A stretch of DNA of 64,000 nucleotides from Octopus vulgaris (Eukaryota). Below, one piece after another: positions 1-12,470 of the stretch. The notes under the pieces are model-generated. The model was not told the DNA's origin, ran no database searches, and was given only the letters and a program-made list of their open reading frames with translations. Where the stretch lies: the NCBI GenBank assembly GCA_951406725.2, contig OX597817.1, positions 145,204,001 to 145,268,000 on the forward strand. Direction: 5' to 3'. Both the position numbers and the translations under genes were made by a program. The number at the start of each line of letters is the position of its first letter. Positions within the stretch are counted from its first letter, which is position 1.

Positions 1-56
<56 letters not shown>

Positions 57-217
57 TACGATGGGCTTCTTTAAGTTTCTGTCTACTAAATCCACTCACA
101 AGGCTTTGGTTGGCCTGAGGCTATAGTAGAAGACACTTGCCCAAGGTGCCACACAGTGGGACTGAACCCAGAACCATGTGGTTGGTAAGCAAGCTACTTA
201 CCACACAGCCACACCTG
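57..217 (-). mobile_element. SINE family A head (tRNA-like head plus CORE-like segment)
   Basis: Reverse complement of the 5' half of 13932-14340. Confidence 0.8.
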
Positions 218-647
218 TACTTATTTTTATTTTATTTTATTTTATTTTTTTCAAGTTAGGTACAGATTCTATTGGTTTCTTCTGCCAAATCACTAAGTTA
301 CAGAGAGGTAAACACCCCCAGCACCAGTTGTCAAATGTCTGGAGGACCAACACAAAGACAACCTGCATATACATATGTTATAAAGTGGTTGGCATTGGAA
401 GGCTGCCCAGCCATAGGAACCATGCCGAAGTAGAGATTGGAGAATAGTGCACTTCTTGGATCCATGCCAACATGGAACATGGACATTAGATGATTATGAT
501 ATTGATATACCATCATCATTGTCATCATCATTCGGTGCCTGCTTTCCATGCTTTGACTGAGATTGGTAAACTGGAGAGCTGCATCAAGTTCCAGTCTGAT
601 TTGGCACGGTTTCTACAGCTCGATGCTCTTCCTAACACCAATATATA

Positions 648-1356
648 CAGGGTGATTCAAAAGTCTCCATACATAGGAAAACAATTTATTTTTTTATAAG
701 AAACAGTTTATAAGAACCCCTAGATCCCCTGATCTGACCCCTCTTGATTTCTATCTTTAGGGGCATTTGAAAGGCATGGTGTATCACGGAAAGATAAAAG
801 ATATAAATCATTTGATGGAACGCATCACCAACTCAATTGCACACGTATCACCAGATGTGGTGTTATGAGTTCACAATGAATGGGGTAAACGTAGTGCAAT
901 GTGTACTCAAAACAATGGTAACCATATAGAGCCTCATGAAGTATATTTGCCACTTAAATGTAACTAACCCTTAAGGGTTGATGCTACTGTAGCTTGTAGC
1001 CCCAGGAAGACGTCTCCTCCAGCTGGCTATTGACACACTTTCTATGCCCTATCAGTATTTGCAAAGGCTGGAGATGGGAAGGATAACATCCTTTTGCAAA
1101 TATTGATAGGGCACAGAAAGTGTGTCAATAGCCAGCTGGAGGAGACGTCTTCCTGGGGCTGCAAGCTGCAGTAGCATCGACCCTTAAGGGTTAGCCACAT
1201 TTAAGTGACAAATATACTTCACAATGTCAAGCAGCTACTGTTTATACCTCACTCGTGGATTTATTATTGCATATAGAGCCTGTTAAATAAAAAAAAAACT
1301 GTTTCTTATAAAAAAGATAAATTGTTCCTACATATGGCAACTTTTGAATCACCCTG
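648..1356 (+). mobile_element. Internally deleted Tc1/mariner-superfamily DNA transposon
   Basis: TIRs CAGGGTGATTCAAAAG.../...CTTTTGAATCACCCTG (~60 bp) with TA on both sides. Transposase C-terminal relic PRSPDLTPLDFYL*GHLKGMVY...NGNHIEP from 719, with in-frame stops. Confidence 0.88.
935..1269. mobile_element. Foldback insertion (~130-bp inverted arms) with a 12-bp target-site duplication, nested in the mariner relic
   Basis: Arms 937-1067 and 1090-1221 are reverse complements. The direct repeat CATATAGAGCCT occurs at 923-934 and 1270-1281. Confidence 0.8.
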
Positions 1357-2478
1357 TATATTGATATAAATATATGCACACACATACACGCATACACAGT
1401 GTGAGGGTGCATAGCTTGGTTGTTAGGCTGTTGCACTCACTGTCATGAGATCGTGGTTTCAATTCCTAGACAGGGTGATGCATTGTATTCTTCATCTTAT
1501 GTTGCTTTCCAGTCACTTTAACACTTGACACATGGTGGTCCTGTTGATTTGATGGAAAGATTAATCCAATGTGCGGCATGAGCATTTGATCACCACAAGC
1601 AAATCATCTGTCCAGGTTGTTCATCAAAAGCTGAACAGTCATACATTGTCTTTGACAGGAAAGTCCATCATATACACACACACACAACCATATATATATA
1701 CCCTCTTTATAATGTTGGCAAACGAAATAGAGATAAGAATGTGCATTGTCCGTTTGATTGGAAAATTTCTATAAGTGGCTGAAGATTGCTCGACATTTTA
1801 AAACTGATGTAAAACTTACAGTGTTTAATAAAATGAAGTAGCATGAAACGATCGTACCACATCACCTCAGATATACTTGTTGCTTATTTTGATTATACAT
1901 ATATATATATATATATGATAAGCTTCCACACAGTCTACCAGATTAACTCATAAGGTATTGGTTGAACTTGGTCTATAGTAGAAGAAGACACTTGCCCAAA
2001 GTGCTATGCTGTAGAATTGAACCCACATAACAAGCTTCTTAACCATGCTATGATATGATGGATGTTTACAGAGGTTTTTTTTTCCTTTTTAATTTTTGCT
2101 TTTTTTTTTTTCATTTCCATTTACTTCCATGTTCGCTGACACAACCAGTTCACACAACATTTGGCTTATTTATTGAACAGTGTATTTCCAATCGATATTT
2201 TTGTTCTGTTTTTATCTTCTACATCATAGAACTTTTCAGTTTCTGAATATCTTCTAATCTGTATTTATAAAACAACAACAACAACAAAAAGCTACTTCAA
2301 TCAATGTGACCCCCCCACCACCACCGGTAGTTTTCTGGATAAACACTTCTAACCTGATTCTTTATTGTTATTTCTCTCTCTCTTTCTTCCTCTCTATCAC
2401 TATTTATCTATCTCCCTTCTTATCCATCTCTCTCTCTCTCTCTCTTTATTTATCTATCTGTCTCCCTTCTTATCCATC

Positions 2479-2523
<45 letters not shown>

Positions 2524-2545
2524 TTTCTTATCCATTTCTATCTCT

Positions 2546-2612
<67 letters not shown>

Positions 2613-4316
2613 ATCCATCTCTCTCTCTCCAATCATCAAGGAAAAGCCCTCAGATGTGGTAGATAAGACATCTGAGAATTAGTATTCTCCAAATGTGTAA
2701 TTCACTCCCTCTTCCTCCTCCCCTATCTATCTATCTATCTATCTATCCACATATACCCACGCACACAATCACTCTTATCTATCTATTTATGTATCTACCG
2801 TCTCTGTACAGCAAAAGCAATATTACTTTTTTGTGCCATTGCAGGAAAGGTAATGGAGAAGATTGTCTGTGGGTAACATCATAAATACTTTGGTCCTTCC
2901 ACCAATGAGATTCATGTTGTGTGACATTAAAAGAGTACTTAACATCAACTGCCATTATTAAAGACTACCATTTTAATGTTAGACTAAACCGCCTTCATCT
3001 TCAAGCCATAAACTAACTCTTCGTTTAATGAATTAGAATCTGGTGATCCATGAATGTAACTCCAATCTGCTTTGAGGCTTGTCAAGGACATGACAACCTC
3101 TCTAATGCTGGTGCCATGAAAAATGCACCGAGAACACTTTGGAGAATTATTGGTGATAGGAATGCCGTCCAGCCATGGAAACTCTGCCAGAAATAAATGA
3201 ATATTTTTTTTAAATGCACAAGAAAGATATGTTTCCCAAAACATCTAAGTGGTGATAACCTAGCCAACCCATACTAGCATGGAAAGCAGTTATAAAATGA
3301 TGATAATGGTGTAGTGGTGATAGTGATGATGAATGATGAGGATGATGACTGACTTAATTAAATTGGAATAAATCATGTAAGTTTCTACTGTTTTGATTAG
3401 CCTTTATTACCTAAATTCATCATCACCTTCATCAGCAGCAGCATAGTAATCATCTTCATCACCATCTTCACCATCACCACCACCATCATCATCATCATTG
3501 TTTTTATGTCCACTTTTCCTTGCTGGCATTTTTGGGTGGGACGTTTTGTGGTAACATTTTACAATTGGATGCTTTTCCTGATGCCAACCTTCAGTCACTT
3601 CTTACAACACACAGAATGGCAGTGTACCTATTCTAAACATGACAAATATACAAAGTATAAATTAGATTCAATAAAAGTCAAATTAAATTTGATGCAAAAA
3701 TTTTTTCATCTCATATTTCTTGGTCAAATTTAGCCTCACACTAGAAAAATTCTTTTAAATATTGAAATTGCATCTTGAATCATAAAATAATATTTCCAAA
3801 ATAGAATAATCAGATATTTAAAAACTAAACAATGATTGCTTTTATCTAGTTGTTGTTATTGATTAGTTCCTAGTTAGTCTTTAATTGAATAAACCTATAA
3901 TTAAAGGTATTCTAGCCTTCTCCATTTCATGTCCTTTCCTTTTTTAAGTCAGTGATATTTGGCTGTTATTTCTAGCAGGTTGAGCAACCATGTAGACGAC
4001 TGGACTTCTCATCGGCTGGTATGTTAATAGGTGATCAGATCAATAATTAATGGTAATTAATTCCCTGCAATACCATAAGCACAACTGAGCCATAATTAAC
4101 TGAGGATTTTCAATAACTGAATTTTAATTATAATTAATGTAAATGACAGAATGCAAATGAGTTGAGAATGTGTCTGTCTGGACATGTAAGAGATCATCAG
4201 CTGATGTAAACAACAGATAGTAACAATGATATTGATGTATGGTGTTAATAGAATATAGATAGGTTGATTGAACAAGTATTGTGAATGGAAAATATACAGG
4301 ACCCGCCATCATCATC

Positions 4317-4938
4317 AATGATCTCATCTTTGTGACTGGAGATTTTAACCTTTTCTTTACTGTATTTACTTTGAGATGCTCTGTGTTTATTTCAATTACT
4401 TTAAATACAACAAAGAATTTAGTAAAATAACTTAGTTATCATTAAGCTAGTGTTAGGAACATAAATTGTGACTAAGGTTTAGTGGAAGATTTTAATTTAA
4501 AACTCATGAAAACAAGATATTTGTACTCAGAGCCAGTTTCAGCCAGGTTGGTATCAAAAGGGTTAAATTGTTAACCCTTTTGTTACCATAATTCTGTGGA
4601 GATTCTCTATGTTTCTTTTAATTATTTTAAATATAACAAAGAATTTAGTAAAACAACTTAGTTATCATTAAGCTAGTGTTAGGAACATAAATTGTGACTA
4701 AGGTTTGATGGAAGATTTTAATTCAAAACTTATGAAAACAAGACATTTGTACTCAGAGCCGGAGGCGGTTTCAGCCGGGTTGCTAACAAAAGTGTTAATG
4801 GGAATGTCAGACAGCAACTTGGTATCTTCCATGATGTACATGGAGTTGGTACCAGAAATGAAGAGGGAACTGGGCTCCTGGAGTTCTGTGATGCAAATAA
4901 CCTATTGATCTGCAACACCAACTTCAGGAATCCAGCTA
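4317..4938 (+). pseudogene. RTE-type LINE APE endonuclease relic interrupted by two MITEs
   Basis: Joining 4317-4348 to 4799-4938 gives NDLIFVTGDFNGNVRQQLGIFHDVHGVGTRNEEGTGLLEFCDANNLLICNTNFRNPA, which has the GDFN and N..G..LL.FC..N.L.I.NT.F motifs. Confidence 0.82.
4349..4794 (+). mobile_element. Two tandem TTAA-flanked (piggyBac-like) MITEs, 4349-4562 and 4575-4794
   Basis: Each copy is bounded by TTAA with CC(C)TTTT...AAAAG(G/T)G termini. The two copies are near-identical over ~200 bp. Confidence 0.8.
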
Positions 4939-7323
4939 GGCGTCCACACAGTTTCCATCTACCAGATTCACTCACAAGGCATAGGTTAGTCTTTGACTAT
5001 ATTAGAAGACGCATACCCAAGGTGCCACACACTGGGACTGAACCCAAACCACATATTTGCAAAACAAGTTTCTTAATCACGCAGCCACTCCTGCACCTAT
5101 GTTGCAGTTTGTTGCATTAAAGTGTTGATTTTATTCTGCATGTTTCTTGCTCCTCTCTCAATGCATCCTGCATCCTATTTCAGCATGCAATAGACAATCC
5201 ATTCTGTGACATTTTGCAGAGTGTTATTTTTAACTTATGGCAATAACCTCACTGTACAGCACACTGCAGTGGCTTCCATGTGCAGCATTCTGCTCAGGTT
5301 TTGATATGCAATACTCTTCATTTTTTACCTGCCAATCAACAAAGTTACCTTATTTTTATCTTGCGGCTGCAACCTTACTATATAGCATTATAAGGAGGCT
5401 TCATTGTGCAGTACTCTGTGCAGGTTCTGATATGCAGTTCTGATATGCAGCATTCTGCATATTTACCCGCCAATTAACAAGGTTACCTACCTAGCAAGCA
5501 TAATTCAGTCGCTGCTCTCTTACAACTATATTCCCTGCATGAAACCATGTCCTACTTTCTCTTCAATCCCTGACTCCCTCACTTCTATTCCTTGAAGGGT
5601 TTATTCTTTGTTCTTAAAAGTACCCCTCCTCACCTTCATCATATTGCAGTTTGTTCTGTCTGTTGTTTTCTTTTATAAGTCAGTCAAGGGGTAAGAAGCA
5701 TTACCCATGATGTTTGCAAGCTCCCCCTCTACCCTCAAAACCCTTGAGATGGATGTGGGTGGTGTCTAGTCTGAAATGGTATCTACCTACAACAGGTCAA
5801 TGTCTGCTAGAGGTAACTAGAGCCTGGTCTGAATCCCTGCAACAGAGCAGACTTCACTAGAAGTATTCAAAGACCAGATGATAATGACAAACTAAAGTTT
5901 TACAGCCCTTTTTATTTCACAACAAAAACTGGATATTAATTAGACTAGTGGGGCTGATGGGGCTTTTCTTTGTTTATATTTTCTCATCCCCCCCCCAAAA
6001 AAAATCTTGCTTTTTTTTTTCTGCTTCTTCCTTCATGTCTTCTTCCTTCCTATTCTATTTTCTCCTTTTCTTCTATCTTTGAAGAAAACAAAGGAGGAAG
6101 AGGAAAATGTCCCCTATCCCTTCTCTTTCTTCGCCATCTTCCTTACTAATCTTCTTCCTCATTTTCTCCTTACTTATTTTCTGTTTCTTTTACCCTCCCC
6201 CCTCTGGTCTTAGTACCCCACATTGGTCTTAGTACCCCACGTCTCTCAGTGTTTAGATGTTTAAAATTTGAGTGAAATATTGATGTGAACATTCTCCTAT
6301 CAGAGAGACAGAATACAATTAAGTATTTTGTCAACATTACCCATCATAACTATTTCATCTTCAACTTAAGGTAGATTTCTAATCTTTTTTGTGGCTAAAA
6401 CTCTGAGTAAGAACCCACTGTATGATAACCAAAAGGCCAGTATTGTGACCTAATATGATCTTGTCTAGCTTTGTTGAAGTGAAGATGACTCTAGGCAGAT
6501 AATAAATATAGAAATATCATGTTTTGGTATTAATACTGCTTTTGTCGATAATTATTTTTTCAGGTAATATATCATCAGTATCATACATATAATGTCCACT
6601 TTTCCATGGCTTGATTGGGTCAGGTGAATTTTATTGAAACAGATTTTCTATAGCCAGATACCCTTCTTGTTGCCAATCCTCACCTGTTTCCAATCAAGGT
6701 AATATTATTCAGTGGTCAGGTGTGTTTAGCACAGAAGGCAAGAAACAAATGACTCAAGTTGTATGATGGCAACTCTCATTTGGAACCACCACTTGATATC
6801 AAGACAAAGATACACAAACATACACATGCACATACATGCAACAGTTTTTTCGGTATCTGTCTACCAACTCCACTCGCAAAGAGTTGGTTGGCCCCATGGA
6901 TATAGTAAAAGAAACTTAAGGTGCCACCCAGTGAGACTGAACCTGATACCACATGGTTGGAAAGCAAGCTTCTTAGCCACACAGCTATATATACATACCC
7001 ATACTCATATATATGCACTAACATTTATAAACAAGTGTTGAGAAGTATAGAATAACACATTGCCTCATAAAAATGAAACCAAGCACTTTTTATAGCCTGA
7101 CAAATGTGCTTACCATTGCACTACCTGACAGGAGACATCGTTTCTCCTCAAAAACAAGCATTTAAATGCTGTCTTTACAGTCCTAAGCTTTTACTTCAAC
7201 ATAAATCCATCACATGCTTCAAGAAAACTTCCATATGCTCACTTTCTGGTACTGTCTTCATCACTTCCAGTACCATTGTCTATCTGTCCAATTTCAAGTA
7301 ATTTTAATCCCATAAATGTATGA

Positions 7324-7755
7324 GTAGGAGTGGCTGTGTGGTAAGTAGTTTGCTTACCAACCATATGGTTCCGGGTTCAGTCCCACTGCATGGCACCTTG
7401 GGTAAGTGTCTTCTACTATAGCCTCAGGCAGGCCAAAGCCTTGTGAGTGGATTTGGTAGACGGAAACTGAAAGAAGTCCATCGTATATATGTATATATGT
7501 GTGTGTATGTTTGTGTGTCTTTGTTTGTCAAGCAATGTTGTGGGGACAAACTCAGACACACAAACTTATACACTCACATATATATATACATATATACGAC
7601 AGGCTTCTTTCAGTTTCCGTCTATCAAATCCACTCACAAGGCTTTGGTTGGCTGGATGCTATAGTAGAAGACACTTGCCCAAGGTGCCACGCAGTGGGAC
7701 TGAACCCGGAACCATGTGGTTGGTAAGCAAGCTACTTATCACACAGCCACTCCTA
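7324..7755. mobile_element. Two SINE family A heads in inverted orientation (7324-7485 +, 7595-7755 -)
   Basis: The two ~160-bp segments are reverse complements, separated by ~110 bp of TG/CA-rich sequence. Confidence 0.85.
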
Positions 7756-10472
7756 TTCTACACTTATGTAATTTATTACTTCTTGGTGAATCAACAGAAT
7801 TGTATGTGTGTGCTTGGGTGTGTTTATATATGTGTGTGTGTGTGTGGTGGAGGTGCATGGTTTAGATTATGATTTCAATTCCTGGATCAGGTGTTGCATT
7901 GTGCTCTTGAGCAAAACTCTTCGTTTCACATTCTGCAAATGAAAAATCTTGTGATGGGCCAGTGTCCCATCTAGCAAGAGGAATATATATATTCACCATA
8001 GGATCTGGGAAACCAGCCTTATGAGCTTATGGCTGAGGGAGAACCTTTGATATTTACACACAAAACTCCTGTGCTAAAGCGATATGTAATGTGCTGTACA
8101 TCAATTATGTATCAGTTATTTGCCGTAAAGCAATGCAAGACTTTTCGGTTTTTTCTGTGAATCTCTGAAGAATTTCTTTGATTTTGATTGTCAGAATTTT
8201 TGGATGATTGACTGTAAAGAATAAGAATATAACATAACCAGAAGATTTCTCTTCTCTTTTCTTTTCTTTTATTTTTTAAGGTCTACTGTTCCAAGTAAGC
8301 ATCACATATCATTAGCCTCAATAAGCGAGACTAAAGAGGATATTCCTTAAACTATAATCCACCATTTATCTAAGATGAAAGTTTGCTTAATTTAAAGACA
8401 TTTTTCTCAGTCTTTCACTTGCTGCTAATGTGAATGTACCTTTGTGGGGGGGGGGGGGACGATTGCTAAGGCAGCCAAAATATGACACCTACTACATGAA
8501 AGCAATGTCTGAAAGGGTTGAAATAAATAACTATCTAAATTTCATCATCATCATCTCAGCCTCTCTCACTTCCATTTTCTCTCTCTCAAATCCCTCGCAA
8601 GTGCTTCTTACCATATTTGATGGCATAAAAGACTAAGGGCATTTTAGACACACCTCAATTTCAGCAGCTCATTCAGGAAAAATTGTGTCTGGAACAAAAT
8701 TAGCTTATAGGATGCCCAACTTCATATAAAGGACCCAGGGTGAATTTTGGAGATTTTTTTTTTAATAAAAATGTGCATTTTATAAACCATCATATAATGG
8801 CATATGCAGAACTTCCATGAGAACTTTTTTTTTTAAATGAAAACTACATTATTTGTTCTGCTAGAATTAACAGTTAAATCTCTCTCAGGTAACACTGCCA
8901 TTTTTTTTTTAAAAAAGGGAAGGGCTTATTAGATAATAGTTCCTCTAATAAAACATAATGGCCATAATTGGAATGTCTTTGATCCTAGGTCTACTTGATA
9001 AGGCTTGATCTGAGGCTTAATAAACCAACCTATCATTTTGTTTACTAATTAACAAATTTAGAATGAAGCAGGTTCATTTAACACTGGAAATAAATAAATG
9101 AATAGATAATGTGAATTTGTAATCATATCTCTAATGAATTTTACCTGTCCATGTGTTTTAATTAAATCTTCAAAATAATTGAGAATTTGAATGGATTTAA
9201 TTAAAATAATGATTTTTTTTTCATTATGAAGGTAATATTTGGAACATACCACATAACAAAAGGTTCTTACATAAATTTATATAATGGAAGGTTTTTAAGG
9301 ACCAATTTTAGCATCATGGATGGTCTGAAATGGATTGGCATTAAAAGAGTTAAGTTTCTATCCACCTGAAAGAAAAGTGAGTCTTCCATAGGGATTTTTA
9401 TCAGAACCTATTTTTTAACTGACACCAACTTTGATTAGGAATCTTCAGGTACAACCTTCTTTCTATTTTGGCGGGATGTCTTCACCTATATTCACACATA
9501 TACACACCCCATCTCTCTCTGTCTCTCCTTTTTATTCCCTACTTTCTACCTATCTGTTATCAACCAGTTTCATCATGTAGATATTTTTATTGCTCAAGGC
9601 TGTCTTATATTTCAGTGGGGGGGAGGGTTATCAATTTCAAATTTAGCCCTTTTTATGTGTTCTTTCTTTCTCTCTTTCTTTATTTCTAGCCAATCCCTTC
9701 TATCAGATATTTGTTTCTGTGCCTCCCTTTAAAATCGACAAGCAAAAAAAGAACAAAAAAAAAGTAGTAAAAAAGAGAAGAAACAAAAAAAAAGTCTTTG
9801 ACTAAGATTTAGTTCTGGCATGATGTGGCAGGAGGAATTACTATAAAACAACAGCAGACTGCTTGGCCCCTATTAAAACCCTCCTTCTTTTTCAATCTCT
9901 TCACCCTCATCTCTGTGCCTATTTCACCACTAAGCATCCCCTACCTTCAACCTCTGTATCTCTCAGTTTGTACATCTTGATGTACTGGGTCTATCTACTC
10001 TTACTAACCCCTTTCCACCCCTAATCAGGGCTGAGCAAAAGTGACTGTTGCTTGGCTAAGGCTCTGCTTACATCAGCCAAAATAACACTCACCAGATGTT
10101 ACCACTTCTGTCTGTTTCTCTTTCGTTTACTATTTTTATGTTTTTAAAGTCACCTCTCTCTCCCTTTTCTTTACCTATTATCCTAACCCATTCCCAACAC
10201 CCACTACATCTACTCCACAACCATGGCAATCAACTAAATATTATTAATTTGCATAAATTACTGAAACTAAATAAACTATAAAAGAACAAGCTGTTGAAAA
10301 ATAAACAAATGAATGAGTAATTTTTATTTCTAAAGGAGGTTTTTCATCAATATTTGTCTGAAAGTGCAACAGCTTCCCTCCTTCCCCTATTAATAAATTA
10401 TAGTATACTTCTCTTTCAATTTAAAAGTATTCTTCTTCTGGTTGGTTTCCTTCATTATGCTGTTTGCTACTA

Positions 10473-10699
10473 CTCTCTTTTACTCTTTTACTTGTTTCAG
10501 TCATTTGACTGCGGCCATGCTGGAGCACCGCCTTTAGTCATGCAAATCGACCCCAGGACTTATTCTTTGTAAGCCTAGTACTTATTCTATCGGTCTCTTT
10601 TGCCGAATCCGCTAAGTTACAGGGACGTAAACACACCAGCATTGGTTGTCAAGCAATGTTGGAGGGACAAACACAGACACACAAACATATACACACACG

Positions 10700-10754
<55 letters not shown>

Positions 10755-10891
10755 GGCTTCTTTCAGTTTCCGTCTACCAAATTCACTCACAAGGCTTTGG
10801 TTGGCCCGAGGCTATAGTAAAAGACACTTGCCCAAAGTGCCACACAGTGGGACTGAACCCTAAGCAAGCTACTTACCACACAGCCACTCCT
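10473..10891 (-). mobile_element. SINE family A, near full length
   Basis: Head, (TA)n and 3' body with a GTAAAAGA-type tail, all reverse complement of 13932-14340. Confidence 0.85.
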
Positions 10892-10916
10892 CTACTGCTA
10901 TTATTATTATTATTTA

Positions 10917-11592
10917 GGGCAGTGAGCTGGCAGAATCGTTAGTACGCTGGGCAAAATGCTTAGCAGCATTTTGTCCATCTTCAAGTTCGGGTTTCAAATG
11001 CCACTGGAGTCGACTCTGCCTTTCATCCTTTCAGGATCAATAAAATAAGTACCAGTTGAGCCCTCGCATAGTTAGAGTGTGTGCCACCCAGGGCAGCTCT
11101 TCCGTTTGCCACCCAAAAAAAACCAGGATGGAAAATGCCGCCCCTATTGCCTCCCCCACTAGCAATTGAGTACTGGGGGTCAAAGTAATTGATTTCCCCC
11201 CTCTCCCAAAGTGTCAGGCCCTGGGCCTTTAGTAGAAAGGATTATTGCTATTATTATTATTATTAAATTATTTAGCTCACGGAATCATTAGCATGCCAGC
11301 CAGAATGCTTAGCAGTATTTCATGTCTTTACATTTTGAGTTCAAATTCTTTCTAGGTCAACTTTGCCTTTCATCCTTTCAGGGTTGATAAATTAAGTACC
11401 AGTTGCATACTGGGTCAATCTAATTGACTGGCCACACCCCACCAAAAAAAAAATTAAAAATTGGGGGCTTTGTGCCTAGAGTAGAAACGAATAAAGTACC
11501 AGTTGAATACTGGGGGGGGGGGGCAATGTAAATGGCACCACCAAATATGCAGGCCTTGTGCTTATAGTAGAAAGGATTATTATTATTATTAT
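10917..11592 (+). mobile_element. Cluster of tandem SINE family B copies separated by (ATT)n
   Basis: Repeated GCCTTTCATCCTTTCAGG...AAGTACCAGTTG blocks at ~11018, ~11366 and ~11494. Confidence 0.75.
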
Positions 11593-11754
11593 TAAGCTAT
11601 GGCTGACTTCCTTTATTTAGTTATCCTTCTGACCAGTTTGGAAGGATTTATCAAATCTATAAAGAATAAGAAGAAACGTGGAAAGGGTGTGGGGTGTGAG
11701 GGGAGTTGGTAGAAATTGTGATGTAGTATTTAATTTTTGAAATTTAGTTTAGCT

Positions 11755-12179
11755 GTGATCGTTGCCAGGGCCACAGATTGGCTCCTGTGCTGGTGGCATG
11801 TAAAAGGTACCATTCAATCGTGATCTTTGCCAGCATCACCTTACCGGCACATGTGCTGGCTGGTGGCACATGAAAAACAACATTCGAGCATGGTCATTGC
11901 CAGTGCTGCTGGACTGGCCCCCATGCAGGTAGCATGTAAAAAACACTTTTTGAGTGTGGTCGTTGCCAGAACCGCCTGACTAGCCCTCGTGCCAGTGGCA
12001 CGTAAAGTTCCCACTACACTCAGAGAGTGGTTGGCATTAGGAAGGGCATCCAGCTGTAGAAACTTTGCCTGATCGGATTGGAGCCTGGTGCAGCCTTCTG
12101 GCTCACCAGTCCTCTGTCAAACCATCCAACCCATGCCAGCATGGAAAACCCAACGTTAAACAAGGATGATGATGATGAT
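11755..12179 (+). mobile_element. Repeat family C ((GAT)n-tailed retroposon) with four internal ~65-bp subrepeats
   Basis: Conserved 3' block GGTTGGC.TTAGGAAGGGCATCCAGCTGTAGAAAC...CCATGCCAGCATGGAAAA...(GAT)n, shared with ~15 other copies in the window. Confidence 0.8.
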
Positions 12180-12427
12180 TTTATTAGTTACATTTACTCA
12201 GCGATAATGCTACATCTCAATTTTCAGTGTTATTGTTTATATGCACACACACACACACACACGCATAAACACACACACAAGCAGACAGACACACAACTAG
12301 AGGGATTTGAAAGTCATAATTCTAATTTGTTACCTGTTTATTTGTTTTAGCAGAAAAGGAGGTTAAAGGTAAATTATTTCCCCAACTTGCCACCATATTT
12401 GATTTGTCATTCTCCATCACCTTAGTT

Positions 12428-12470
<43 letters not shown>

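Noticed and set aside
6205-6240. Short tandem duplication TGGTCTTAGTACCCCAC x2
   Set aside because: An ordinary slippage-type duplication with no sign of function.
11755-12010. Repeat-spacer pattern resembling a CRISPR array
   Set aside because: The spacers are homologous to each other, the array is part of a dispersed retroposon, the context is eukaryotic, and there are no cas genes.
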